Source: Oopsacas minuta (lineage: Eukaryota; Animalia; Porifera). From it: a stretch of 64,000 nucleotides of DNA. Numbering within the stretch: the stretch's first letter is position 1; each line of letters begins with the position of its first letter. Below are positions 1 to 11,213 of this stretch, one piece after another. Location of the stretch: positions 62,001-126,000 of the forward strand of contig JAKMXF010000330.1 of the NCBI GenBank assembly GCA_024704765.1. The letters run 5' to 3'. The translations under genes were made by a program, and so were the position numbers. The notes beneath the pieces are model-generated. The model was not told the DNA's origin, did not search any database, and saw only the letters and a program-made list of their open reading frames with translations.

Positions 1-639
1 ATATATTTTGTATATGTACAATTGCACATACAGATATATATATATATATACATAGTATTCAAACTTGCTTATGCCACATGGCCATGGGGTGTTGTGCAAT
101 TGTTGTGCATGCTTGGTGCATTAAAATAATCAAAAACACTGGAGAATTCTGATTCCACCATGTTATAAATTTTCCAGATGTTAACTTCTAAGTTCTAAGC
201 CAAGTCTGTATACATAATGCCCAAAAAGTTGCCAAAAGGTCATTTAGAAAAGAATTCTCTTACTTTCAGAGGTAAATTTCTTGATCTAATAGGAAAATTG
301 ACATGAGAGCTGTTGCTAATAGGCAAACACCACTATAGCTAAAATTATGAAATGCTTAAATTCAGAAGTTGCAGACGTATGAGGATAATTAAAGATCAAT
401 GGCATGGTATAGAATGCTTTATGCTATAGTACAAATGCGCACAGTGGCGTCGGAAGCTCACCAAAAATGGAGCCGCCATGGCCGCCCAAGTAGCTGCAGT
501 TTCGACACCTATGACATGTACATAAATGTAATATTCCCCTTGATTGAATATACGTACTGATACTTCCAAATATTAAAAGAATAAAAATACGTAATAAAAT
601 ACTATAAATACATAAAACAACTAACTGTGCATTATTCCA

Positions 640-2595
640 TTAAACAAAGCTAGTTGTGGTTTTAATGAAACACTTCATAAGCTGTTTGTTACCGTTATTA
701 CCGATTATAAGAGAACCGTTCAAGTCTGCTGCAATTCCGGTAGGTTCTGAGAACTTGGTGATGTCATTTCCCAGAGAGTGTTGTGTGTATGAATTCTCTG
801 GGAGATAATACACAACTAGAGAGTTCCCTATCTCATCGGCTATTATAACATTATTTTCTCCATCTAGCGTGAAAAATGCTGGGTCTTTAAGAAGCAAGGG
901 CTGAGATCTATCCACCAGATGACGTAATAACGTACCTGTTAAGTCAAAAAGGTGCAGGAACGGACTCTTGCTATCTAACACAATTAATGTATCAGAATTT
1001 ACCAAAACATCCTTCGGACCATGGATATCATCGTGAGAAAAATAAGATTTTAGTTCCAAATCAAGACCATATACTTTAATTCTGCTATTGCCAAGATCAG
1101 CTACAAATATTTTCTCTTTAGATTCACTTATCGCAATTCCTTTCGGGCACCAGAATTCCTGTGCACCTGAACCATTGCTACCTATCTTTTTAACTAATTT
1201 ACCAGATAAATTGTAGGATAGCAGAGTGTGTGCCATCCAGTCTGTAACATACACAAAGTTACCGGACACAGATACACCCATGGGACACTTTAGATCAGCC
1301 TTATCTCCAACCTTCTTAACGTAACTCTCATTAGAGAATATGTGGATACACGAGTTGTTACCGTCTGCTACAAACATGCTTCCTTCCTTATCGAGGAAGA
1401 TACCATTAATCCAGAGCAGGGGTTCAGGAACCGGGATAGTAGGACCCAGTACGAGCTCTCCAGTCTCGTACTTTGAGCCCAAATGCAGACTAGCAAAACT
1501 CTCAATCAATTCTCTACCTGACGTCATAGACTTGTTGATTTTAAATGATACATCACCAAAGTTTGGTACTTTAAAAGTCGCGAGGTCACATGCCATCTTC
1601 TCCAGCTTAACTTGTAAAGTATCGTATGAGCTGTAGAGATGTTTCCCTGAACAGAAATGATAAGCTAGCTCTGTGTAGTTATATACACGTTGATGTATGT
1701 CTGTAAGATTCTGTACACTACTGATACAAGCATTTAGTTCTTCGAGATTAGCTTCAAATTTATCTCCTATCTTAGAGAGTGTGTCATCACGTACTATCTC
1801 TATCTCAGTAAGTAGACTGTTGTAGAAGCTTCCTACCCTCTCAAGCACTTCATCTTTAGTACGCATTATTCTAGAAAATTCTTTTGTGAGAGAAGCGATC
1901 AGGTGATTAGATTGGGAACAAGTTTTCTGTCCTTTCTTGATAGATTTATTCAGCACTCCTTTTGATGTAGCTAGTATGTCTTGTGTTGTATACATGAGAT
2001 GATCCATGCAATCCTTAGAAGCGCATTTATCACAGAGATAGTCTCCATTCACTACACTGTATTTCTCAATTAGATTGCCATTATGTCTATTACAACTACC
2101 GAATTTATTCTGTAGCTCTTTCAACAGATCTTCTATTGTTATCTTGTTAAGTTCCTCACGTGTCAGCAACTGATGCTTCTTAGACACAGATCGTCCATAC
2201 TTCTTATGGTACTTAGCATCCTCTTTACAGAATACCAGATGACAGTCTAGGCAGAGGGAGTGACCTGATCCTACCTGATGGTTCACACAGGTACAGCAAA
2301 CTAATTTGTTAGAACTAGCCTTTTCCTTAACAGTCAGTACAAATGCTAGATCCTCTGCTAGCAGGTTGTAAGGTGTACGGTCCTGGAATAGAGTACAGTG
2401 TCTACAGGTTGGTACAGGACAACGTACCAGCTGCTTAGATTCTGAATCTGCACATTTATATATACAATCTTCACAGACACAGTGAAAGCAATCCAGTAAG
2501 ATAAGACCCAATTTAGATTGTGTATTGCATTTGGAACATTCTCCTTGTGTCTGTAAGAAACCGCTGAGAGAGACTGAAGGAATAGGATTCATCAT
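640..2595 (-). CDS. TRIM-NHL E3 ubiquitin ligase (RING, B-boxes, coiled coil, NHL repeats; TRIM2/3/71-like without an obvious filamin domain)
   Basis: RING CSKC..CFHCVCEDC..CPVPTC; B-box CCTC..CLDC..FC..H..H; C-terminal NHL repeats (P.GI..D..G.MFVADGNN, FWCPKGIAIS..IFVADLGNSRIKVY). The ORF-track GTG start at 2655 is unlikely in an animal. The first ATG is at 2595 and a TAG acceptor lies at 2664-2662. Confidence 0.85.
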   Translation of the reverse strand: MMNPIPSVSLSGFLQTQGECSKCNTQSKLGLILLDCFHCVCEDCIYKCADSESKQLVRCPVPTCRHCTLFQDRTPYNLLAEDLAFVLTVKEKASSNKLVCCTCVNHQVGSGHSLCLDCHLVFCKEDAKYHKKYGRSVSKKHQLLTREELNKITIEDLLKELQNKFGSCNRHNGNLIEKYSVVNGDYLCDKCASKDCMDHLMYTTQDILATSKGVLNKSIKKGQKTCSQSNHLIASLTKEFSRIMRTKDEVLERVGSFYNSLLTEIEIVRDDTLSKIGDKFEANLEELNACISSVQNLTDIHQRVYNYTELAYHFCSGKHLYSSYDTLQVKLEKMACDLATFKVPNFGDVSFKINKSMTSGRELIESFASLHLGSKYETGELVLGPTIPVPEPLLWINGIFLDKEGSMFVADGNNSCIHIFSNESYVKKVGDKADLKCPMGVSVSGNFVYVTDWMAHTLLSYNLSGKLVKKIGSNGSGAQEFWCPKGIAISESKEKIFVADLGNSRIKVYGLDLELKSYFSHDDIHGPKDVLVNSDTLIVLDSKSPFLHLFDLTGTLLRHLVDRSQPLLLKDPAFFTLDGENNVIIADEIGNSLVVYYLPENSYTQHSLGNDITKFSEPTGIAADLNGSLIIGNNGNKQLMKCFIKTTTSFV

Positions 2596-3109
2596 TTCTA
2601 CGAAACTTATTAATTTGTTCAAATATTTATCAGACAGATCTTCAGAAACCTTCACTCGTAGCTAATACTATTACAATCGATGTAATGTTAGACTCATGAC
2701 CCATATCTTATATAATAATTATTCTTAGTCAGTAACGAATACATATGTATGTGCAACGTCCATAAGTCCGTCCGACAGATGTTAGAAATCTAGCAGACCG
2801 ATAACACGAAGACTAGTACATATAAAATTATATACATCAGGGTGTAGACTTGCACCTGGTGTAGTGAAATTTCACACCTCTCTGGTGATCAGCTGTAGAG
2901 ATGGCTCAATTCAATTGGTCGATTACCAATTACTGATTTCTGAATATAAACAATTTGTTTACTACCTTGCTGAATACTAATTTAGAGTATATGTAGGTAA
3001 TGTTTGATATACATACACACCTAAAGAGATATAATTAATAATCAGATAATACTGACATATGCAGTAGCTAACCATTACCGACATTAAGTGATTGGGTGAC
3101 ATAAAATAC

Positions 3110-4291
3110 TCAAATAGCCATATTCCTATCCTCAGTAATATCTGCTGACGTAATAATACTCTCACTACGCTTACGAATACCTCCCTGTAGAGAGGCTGAA
3201 TCCTTAAAGTGCTGAGAAGCTTTGAACTCAAGAAATAGACTAAATAGTATATGCAATGCATGTATACGGTTCTGTTGTACTGGAATATCTAACAGAGCGC
3301 AGACAATATCAACATACTGCTCGAGATCACAATCAAGCTCCGAAGAAGGTAGTTTTATATTTCTTACAATTTGCTCAAATTCCCGTGGCCATGTCTGCAT
3401 TAGAGACTCCATATCAGGCATAGGTTTATTCATATGTACTACTTGCGCTGGTTTGTTACGATGCAACTCAGATATAGAATCTATCCATGAGTCAATACCC
3501 TTAGGATTATTCTGTACATCAGATAGAGTTTTAACACTGAGTGTACGAGGAGCTGGTTGCTTTGAAATAGCTCGTAGTTGTAAGTCTAGCACGTTAGGGT
3601 CTGACTGATTAGCAGCTGGTTCATCTAATACAGATATACCTAGGGTATCCTGTCTCCCATCAGGACGAGGGACCTTAGCAAAAGCATCTATGTCCCCTAC
3701 AGAGGGGATGTAATCAGGAACGAAGGGTTTGACCTTATGCTCCAGGTCTATAATCTGAGGCGTGTAACGTGATATGTAGATGAATAGATCTTTTATATCC
3801 TGAGATACCTGTAGATGAGCGTAATCAGCTGGGTCGTAAGCACCTTCAATAGGACGGTCATCCTCCTCATCGTCTTCACTAGACTCAGTCTCTTCGTCGT
3901 CACTCAACTCTCCCTGCTCCCCTCTGGTCTCTTGAGCAAGAGGGAGGATCCTCTCCTTGAGGGGACGAGAAGGTCTGTGCGCCTCCAACAAGCCACCCTC
4001 TATCGTCTCCGAATCAGAGGTAGGAGATTCTTTCAATACGTCAGGTTGTGTTATAGGGAAGATAGGCTTTTTGTTAGCAGCCATATCAGGACTGGAATAT
4101 TCACTAGCTACCTCTTCTGAATCACTGAGGTCTATCGTTTCGTCGTAATGCTGATTTGACACAAAATTTGAGACTAGTTGCTTGTCAGATGTCTGTCTTG
4201 ACATCCCATGCGGGCTAGCTAATATAATAGGCACATGCATGATAGGGATACAGTCATATACGCATCTCCAGATATAGGCTATGGTATCCAT
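3110..4291 (-). CDS. IFT46: Intraflagellar transport protein 46
   Basis: Acidic N-terminus followed by the IFT46 core GAYDPADYAHLQVSQDIKDLFIYISRYTPQ..KPFVPDYIPSVGDIDAF.KVPRPDG and C-terminal IHALHILFSLFLEFK. Intronless. The true start could be the later ATG at 4204. Confidence 0.93.
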   Translation of the reverse strand: MDTIAYIWRCVYDCIPIMHVPIILASPHGMSRQTSDKQLVSNFVSNQHYDETIDLSDSEEVASEYSSPDMAANKKPIFPITQPDVLKESPTSDSETIEGGLLEAHRPSRPLKERILPLAQETRGEQGELSDDEETESSEDDEEDDRPIEGAYDPADYAHLQVSQDIKDLFIYISRYTPQIIDLEHKVKPFVPDYIPSVGDIDAFAKVPRPDGRQDTLGISVLDEPAANQSDPNVLDLQLRAISKQPAPRTLSVKTLSDVQNNPKGIDSWIDSISELHRNKPAQVVHMNKPMPDMESLMQTWPREFEQIVRNIKLPSSELDCDLEQYVDIVCALLDIPVQQNRIHALHILFSLFLEFKASQHFKDSASLQGGIRKRSESIITSADITEDRNMAI

Positions 4292-4507
4292 ATTCTACAG
4301 TCGAAATCGTTTTTCTCCATTGATTACACTGCCCAAGCGACAATAAAAGATAGACAAAACCAAAAGTTCCAGTGACAATAAATACTGTGATTTCGACTGA
4401 ATTTAATTTGACAACTGCTATAAATCATACAGAAACTACACAGTTAATATATTCATTTACAAACTCACAGCATTTGAATACTCCTAGTATACATCTGATG
4501 AATGTAT

Positions 4508-5020
4508 TTAAGATTCTATTTCCATAGCTGCTTCTTTATCAACCTCTTGAGTCTCTCTTAGCTTTCTTTCCATCCCCTCTATAGCCTTTAGTCTATTCTC
4601 CTTATAACTAGGTCCTCTCAACAGGTGTATACCCCTCTCTATCTCTTTCAAATCAGACTTCCTCTGTAGCTGAATACCTCTCCTAAGTCTATGCTTAATA
4701 AAAATATTAGTTCTCTTAAGTCTAATCTCTTCTACGCGTTTCATTGCTGTTAGAGTTTTCATCCACAATTCTCTGCTATAACGAACAGGTACATTTCTTC
4801 TCTTCTCAAACTCAAACACAGAATCTAGAGTCAGCTCCTTACCTGCTGCTTTCCTGAATGCTTTAGTCCAACGAACTTTACGCGGGTTACGCGACTTCTT
4901 GAAAGCTTTGTGACACTTGGGACGACAGAAGCGGAACATCTTACAGTCGTTCCTAACGAAGGTTGTACCATGACCCGGGTATACCGTTGAGGAACAGAAG
5001 TAGCACTTTTCTAACCGCAT
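4508..5020 (-). CDS. RSL24D1: Ribosome biogenesis protein RLP24 (L24e-like)
   Basis: [67 protein letters not shown] is the RLP24-type signature. Confidence 0.96.
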   Translation of the reverse strand: MRLEKCYFCSSTVYPGHGTTFVRNDCKMFRFCRPKCHKAFKKSRNPRKVRWTKAFRKAAGKELTLDSVFEFEKRRNVPVRYSRELWMKTLTAMKRVEEIRLKRTNIFIKHRLRRGIQLQRKSDLKEIERGIHLLRGPSYKENRLKAIEGMERKLRETQEVDKEAAMEIES

Positions 5021-5091
5021 AACTTGAGGACGTCACTAATAAATATCTAATTTGACCTCATAATGAATAAAATAATTAACAGAGAAGAAAT

Positions 5092-5949
5092 CTAACTAAT
5101 AGCATCTAAATTAATAGCTCGCAACACTATCTCCTGCTGTACATCAGGCTTTAACAGCTCAATTAACTCACTGTACTTGAGAGATTCCTCGTAGCAGCAA
5201 GATATACTAGTCTCATAGAGCAGTACTTTATAGCTGACTAGTGCTTGGATACAGTTTACCAGTCTAGCTATAGTAGAACGGATCTCTGGGGTTACATCTG
5301 GTTCCTTATCCTCCTTGTCAGCTGTCTGATCAGCTGACGTATCTAAGGACCGAGGACTTATCCATATCCATCCGTTCTTACCGATGAGAATACTTACACT
5401 GGAGGAGAGGTTATGGAAGTGACTCTTACAGGGCTTAATGAGATATGGCGGTACCTTAACAAGAGTACCATACAACAGCTTACCATACTTGAGAGAGCGT
5501 GTGTGTAGAGATAGAGATCCGTCTTCATATACCTGCTGTACTTCTGCACTGATTAGCTCTCCTTCACAGAAGTACTCTCTCATCAGTAATTCATCCTCTT
5601 CTGATCGTCTACGATGAACTCCTCCTGGTAAATTGATTGAAGCTAGATGTAGTATAGAGTCTAGTTTTGCATTAGTGTCAACTTTCCATCTTTTCTGTCC
5701 TACTTCTACCACTCTACCCACGACAACATCCCCAACCTCTCCCTGGTAACGCCCTTTCAGACCCCGTACACACACCAACTTATTAACCTTCTCTACCCAC
5801 CCACTGACAGAAGCTCTCAGGTGACATCTGTCATCACTGTAGCTGCCATGTCCCCGCATGTAATCAGGTTCCTGAGTGATAACTTCTCCAGGAGTTACGA
5901 ATACTGTTTTCTTTCCTTTGTGGAGATGTTGTGCAGTTATTTCAGCCAT
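5092..5949 (-). CDS. EXOSC2: Exosome cap subunit RRP4
   Basis: VTPGEVIT..PDYMRGHG; S1 domain RY.GEVGDVVVGRV.EVGQKRWKVD; RRRSEEDEL.MR; KH-like G.NGWIWI. The likely ATG is at 5949 (tctag-a-ATG) rather than 6045. Confidence 0.95.
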   Translation of the reverse strand: MAEITAQHLHKGKKTVFVTPGEVITQEPDYMRGHGSYSDDRCHLRASVSGWVEKVNKLVCVRGLKGRYQGEVGDVVVGRVVEVGQKRWKVDTNAKLDSILHLASINLPGGVHRRRSEEDELLMREYFCEGELISAEVQQVYEDGSLSLHTRSLKYGKLLYGTLVKVPPYLIKPCKSHFHNLSSSVSILIGKNGWIWISPRSLDTSADQTADKEDKEPDVTPEIRSTIARLVNCIQALVSYKVLLYETSISCCYEESLKYSELIELLKPDVQQEIVLRAINLDAIS

Positions 5950-6282
5950 TCTAGATGTATTATTAGTTAAGTAGATTATATCAGAAAACATAATCCAGGA
6001 AATTCTGGGCCTGCTCTTTCTAAAAGTGACTTTCCTGGATGGCACTTTTGGACGGTAACATAATGATCCTATACTACCCCAATTTGAGTCTTAAGGTCGG
6101 CACATTGTGACCTCCATTGCTGCTGAACTGGGACTGTTAGGTGCTCGCCAAGCAGCTAGATATACGTATGCCAATTTTAGAAAATATTAATACGTATAAG
6201 TGGACTGGTATTGACAGGATGTAAGACACAACAGTGTGATATAAAATCAATTATAATAATGTGATACTAAACTCGTCATAGG

Positions 6283-7104
6283 TCAATGAGTGCTCTGCTC
6301 AGATTCAAGAGAGGGGTGACTATCTGCACTTCTGAGAGGACACAGATTTTCATGTTCTTTCATTTCTTGAATGAAAAAACATTGGAGACCACACGCATTA
6401 CACTTGAGCAGATCTTTATGTGTAACAGCATGAGTAGCCAGGAGTGAGGGATGAGAAAACGTTAGTGAACAAACTGTACAAGTATTGGTATCCGTAGCAT
6501 GTGGATTATGATTACAGTACATATGTTGGAATAATACATCGAGGATATAAAAGTGTTTTTGACACAGTGAACAGTAATGTCTCCTTCTCATAGTTTTAAC
6601 CTTTCTAGTAATATGTCTAGTCTGTGTACTCCTGACATTACGACTGTTAGATTCGTTAAACTTATTTCGCTGTTTGTATTGAGGGAAACAATCTAATCGA
6701 TGATGGCTAAGATCCCTATACATTTCAAACCCAGTATTACAATAAGTACACAAATATGGTTGAGCAGCGTGTTCACTAATCATATGTCTTTTAAAGCTGC
6801 TTCTACCTACTGAGACTAGACATACAGGACATTTGTTCTGATGAATTGGAGAATCTTGTTGGTCAACTTCAACTTGAACCTCTACTGGAGGATGTTCTTC
6901 AATGTGAGATTGTTTAGATTGTGAATAATTTATCTTATTATACTTCGTTCTATGAACACAAGAGAAGTGTTTGGTTAGTGAGGTAGCTATAGTGTACTCT
7001 ACATCACACTCCACACATACATAGTGTCTTTCATTGGAAGATATTCTTGCTCTGTGAGTACGAATTCGTTTTTTGTAGTAGCTCGGGAAATATCCACAAG
7101 ACAT
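6283..7104 (-). CDS. C2H2 zinc-finger protein (about 6 fingers, two ending in C2HC)
   Basis: CVEC..H....H, CPVC..H...H, CTYC..H...C, CSLC..H....H, CTVC..H...H, CNAC..H...C. Confidence 0.8.
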   Translation of the reverse strand: MSCGYFPSYYKKRIRTHRARISSNERHYVCVECDVEYTIATSLTKHFSCVHRTKYNKINYSQSKQSHIEEHPPVEVQVEVDQQDSPIHQNKCPVCLVSVGRSSFKRHMISEHAAQPYLCTYCNTGFEMYRDLSHHRLDCFPQYKQRNKFNESNSRNVRSTQTRHITRKVKTMRRRHYCSLCQKHFYILDVLFQHMYCNHNPHATDTNTCTVCSLTFSHPSLLATHAVTHKDLLKCNACGLQCFFIQEMKEHENLCPLRSADSHPSLESEQSTH

Positions 7105-7320
7105 TGTGATACTTCACAAATCTAAAAATAAATTTAAGTCATATAATATAATATAGAGATTTGAAAGGAAGCTGTAAATTAAATACAAATATTACTCAAA
7201 GAAGCAAAATGTAGTGGAGAATGTGTTCTAATGTGTAGCTACATAGCTAGGTAAAAATGACGGTAACATTTAATTTAGAAAAACGTATGACTTATTTCGA
7301 TCATATATTGCAGTATCAGA

Positions 7321-7340
7321 CGGACGGACGGACGGACGGA
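7321..7340. repeat. (CGGA)5 microsatellite
   Basis: cggacggacggacggacgga read directly. Confidence 0.8.
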
Positions 7341-7598
7341 GTATGGCCAGAACAAAGTAGAAAAAAGATAAGGTACAGCAGTAAAGGCAATTGAAACGTT
7401 CGTTGAAATTTCTTGTCAAATTAAAGAGTTGATAGATTTACTATAAACTTTGTCTAGTAACAGTGGACGCCTGTATAGTAGGGCCCGAAAGATAGGGCAG
7501 TTCTACTGTTAGTACGTAGATCAATCTATATCCATATCATATCAATCTAAATACGATCGAAGGCTCAGCGATATACACGCATATTTGAATTTCTGTTT

Positions 7599-8762
7599 CT
7601 AATAGCTTTTCTCTATCTCAACAAGTTCCGTAATCAATTCTTCATCCATATACTCTAACTCTTGTATAGTATCAATCTCCATCCTATTACTATTATCCAG
7701 ATTAAATGCTGGAGTAAGATCTCCTAAAGTGTTGTTATCTTGTAGAGTTTTATTAGAGTTATCGAGTTGTTCAGTGCTAATCTCTTCATCACTGGTACAA
7801 TGAGCTAGTAACTCACTCATTGTACTGATAATATCCGCATCAGACTTATTATTAGTAACTCCAGATTGAAATGTTCTATTAATCAGCTGTAGAAGAGTCT
7901 GTGATTCACTAAGTTTCTCTTTCAAAGCAGTAAGCTCTGTCTGACACTCATTACAATCATAAGTATTGTGTATACCCAAGTGCCTATCGTAAAGAGATCT
8001 ATCATTTGTTCTCTCTGCCTCACTTACTCGTAGCTGAGTTAAGTTCAATTCCTGTATCCATCCTATTTTCTTTAGTATATTCTGTTTAGCATGACACACG
8101 CCCTTATCAGTAAGATATCCGAGAGAGAACTCCAATTGTGCATATAGCCAATCATCTTTATATTCCCCTTCTAAATGAGGGTATACAGCTCTCCATTCCT
8201 CTCTACATACCAGCTGAGTTAAGAAGATTACATTGAATTCACACTTATCACTTTCATCTACTTTATACAGGCTATTATTAGTCTCACTACACTCAAATAT
8301 TACAGTAGCATTTTTGTAATCTGTACCACACTTATCTCCAAAACTGTATCTCATTCCTCTCACATAATCTGATTGATTCTGGAATATCCATCCACTCCAT
8401 ACACCTAATAATCCATGGTACGAGTTCCATCGATTAGTTACCTCTCTCTGACTGATATTGTAGAATGGACATAGTTCATAATTATAGTCCCCGCTCTTTA
8501 AATTGAAACAATGACCTCTCAGCTGGAGCAAGTGAGAGGGTCCCATAGCGGGGAGGGGCTCAACCAATGATTGTATTTTTAATGTACGAGATGATGAGCC
8601 TATTCCATACTGACTAATATCTACAATACGGATAGGAGTACCCTCTTGTATCTTTTCTTTAATAATATCATCCTTATCATCATTGATACTCTGTAGGACA
8701 GCTTTCATGTCGAAACAGCATGAGAGGTAAAGTATTGACAAAAACAAGATAAGTCTCAACAT
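7599..8762 (-). CDS. GNPTG: GlcNAc-1-phosphotransferase gamma subunit (MRH domain)
   Basis: Signal peptide MLRLILFLSILYLSCC; GPSHLLQLRGHCF..Y.YELCPFYNISQ.E...RWNSYHGLLGVW matches the GNPTG MRH domain; acidic/coiled-coil C-terminal extension. The ATG at 8762 is preceded by tag-a. Confidence 0.85.
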   Translation of the reverse strand: MLRLILFLSILYLSCCFDMKAVLQSINDDKDDIIKEKIQEGTPIRIVDISQYGIGSSSRTLKIQSLVEPLPAMGPSHLLQLRGHCFNLKSGDYNYELCPFYNISQREVTNRWNSYHGLLGVWSGWIFQNQSDYVRGMRYSFGDKCGTDYKNATVIFECSETNNSLYKVDESDKCEFNVIFLTQLVCREEWRAVYPHLEGEYKDDWLYAQLEFSLGYLTDKGVCHAKQNILKKIGWIQELNLTQLRVSEAERTNDRSLYDRHLGIHNTYDCNECQTELTALKEKLSESQTLLQLINRTFQSGVTNNKSDADIISTMSELLAHCTSDEEISTEQLDNSNKTLQDNNTLGDLTPAFNLDNSNRMEIDTIQELEYMDEELITELVEIEKSY

Positions 8763-9298
8763 TCTACAAATAGTCAATAGAAAATTAGTCAATTAGTGAT
8801 TTGTTCCGATCAGTGGTAAGCTGTATAATTAACAGGAGCATTAGTCTCAGTCAATCGAGGCGTGAGTCGGAGGAGAGTTGCCGTGGGAATGCGAAATGAT
8901 TTCCTTACGATGGGTTTCCCACGTAAAAGCATTGGAGTATACTCTAAGCGATGTAGTTCGGTAAGCAATGAACCCTCAATTATTTCACACGAAAAATTGT
9001 ACATGAAATTTCCATGTGAAACCAATCAGGGACAAATGCACTATTTGCCCCTCTCCCAGGCCTCCATCACCCTGGACCGCAACTGACGGTTGCACCAGTA
9101 CAGTGAGCAAGCATCAGGTATTAGTACAGAGTGGGTTACGACGGATATACTCCTATCACTACCGTGCAATAAAAATATGTAATTTTGCTATAGAATTATC
9201 GTAAACAAACTGATCGTCTGAGCTATACAAGGACTAACAGCTTGAACTCAATCCTCGTTTAATAATATATTTTAGAATGCATACAATATAATAAATTA

Positions 9299-9724
9299 CT
9301 AGCCTTTGGCTCGTCGCTTCGCGATGAACTCGGCGCATTGCGCCTCGAGGTATTCAACGGACAAACAAACAGACAAACAGCAATTGAGATTTAATCATAT
9401 AGTTGTTTACAATATTCAGACTCAGCATCCTCGATTACCCCAGGATAGTCGTTGAAAGTATGATTCTTCCTCAATTTGAAATTTGTTTACTTTATATTCA
9501 TAAAAAAAAACAACAATAATTTACATATGATTAATCCAAAAGTATGAAAATCAGATTCAGCATGTGCGATATATTTGTGAAGTTTTATTGAATTCTATTT
9601 ACTTCCTTGATAAACACGATAAATACATAGTTAAGAGACAATTTCAAAATGGCATACAGTAAATCATTTCCTTGACAACGGACAAACAAACAGACAAACA
9701 ACAATTGTGAGTTAATAATATAGA
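9299..9724 (-). mobile_element. Non-autonomous Helitron-like element, copy 1
   Basis: On the minus strand it starts A|TC (9724) and ends CTAG|T (9299), has a subterminal hairpin (tcgc-gaa-gcga) and internal (CAAA/CAGA) microsatellites. Near-identical copy at 41688-42042. Confidence 0.7.
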
Positions 9725-9980
9725 TTGACTTTTGTTGTCCTCTACGGGTCTCTACTCTTTAGGGTAGTAGCGAGCTACCTACCTTATTCTTAGTGCGGGA
9801 TACATATGTTGACTTGCCAGTGTTTTCGTGGGTTACCAAAGTCCAAACGGCAGGTTTAATTAGCTGGCTTGAGAGAATAATTAACTTGACCTCTTAAGAA
9901 AATTTGAATACTAAATACGTAATCAATATAATCGTTAAATCAAAACAAATACATATTAAAGATAACTAGTAGAAAGAGAA

Positions 9981-10016
9981 TGTGTGTGTGTATGTGGAGA
10001 GAGAGAGAGAGAGAGA
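9981..10016. repeat. (TG)n(GA)n compound microsatellite
   Basis: Read directly. Confidence 0.75.
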
Positions 10017-10029
10017 TCACAGTCTCTGT

Positions 10030-11213
10030 AGACAATTGTCTTCCTTCATGTCACCAACTGAAATATGCCAGAGTCTTATATGAATAATTGAATATACAAG
10101 TAGGACGGAATATTTGACATCTATGACCTGTCTCACGAACTGTTTCTAGGAATTCTCCTTTCATATCGAAAACTTTCCTAGGTATGCAGGATGGGATTGA
10201 GCGGATATTCAGGTTCTACCTTCATACGAATGAGACTGGGCTTGAGAGTTCTCACATACAAAAACTATAGACAGATGCGGTGCAACTAGCCTGTGGTATT
10301 GAGATGGTATGTTCACGATACATATCAGAGAAAAGATAATCTAGGCATGCTTATCCCTAGACTACTTTCCTCCATGTTATGCGGAATTGAGCTAACAAAC
10401 TTGAATAGCACACTAATACGAATGGTTCGAAGTAGGTCAATGAGACAGGAGTATCAGGTAATTAAGATTCATGATGCGAAGTTCTGTAGAGTGAGACTGA
10501 ATCACCGTATCTATCTGCTACTATTACGTTATTCTTAACCACAATTACAGCAGCTGGAGTGTCTAATTGGACCTCTAACACCCCCTCTATCAACACCAGA
10601 TGCTATGGGGATGTTCCTCTCTTTTTTGGGTGGAGCTACTGCCATCGGTTGGTTATCACTGGTGATGCCTAATGAAGGAATGTCTATCATGTTGTTGTAG
10701 AAGTGACGGATATTCTGAGCATCATGTCATATACTTCCTTAAACAATTTATCGTCCTTATTCTTCCTGACGAGATATTCAAGTGACCTAACATCATGGAA
10801 AGTTCCGTAAATGTTAAAGTAACCCTCCTCTCAGTTACATGCCAATCATATTAGCATTTCTCTTCTATCTCATCTGCAATCCTGAATTCCGACGGCAAAG
10901 TAAAGTACCATGCTGTCATACTCCTGACGTGTAATACCCCACGGGAAGCAGGTCTCTCTCGGACGGATCCCCTGTTTCATGTCTATTACAGGATCTACCT
11001 AGAAATGAATCCTCCCTTAATGTTGTGTGTCGCTCCTTGCTTCATCACATTGAACACCAAGGTTCTGGTATAGGATAAGTTCTCATTAAGGATCACAGCT
11101 TTTAGTTGTTTTTTAAGAGATTCGTATCTCTTCACAATCACATCCCCGAGAGTATGGAGGCTTCCTCTCCTTCCATCTAGGGATTGCATCTCCCACTTGA
11201 ACCCTTTAATCAA
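10030..11213 (-). pseudogene. Decayed coiled-coil/NHL-repeat gene
   Basis: Broken frames give helical peptides (SLEYLVRKNKDDKLFKEVYDMML) and NHL-like strands (QLDTPAAVIVVKNNVIVADRYGDSVSLY; KVFDMKGEFLETV..GH) with several stops and frameshifts. Boundaries are approximate. Confidence 0.45.
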
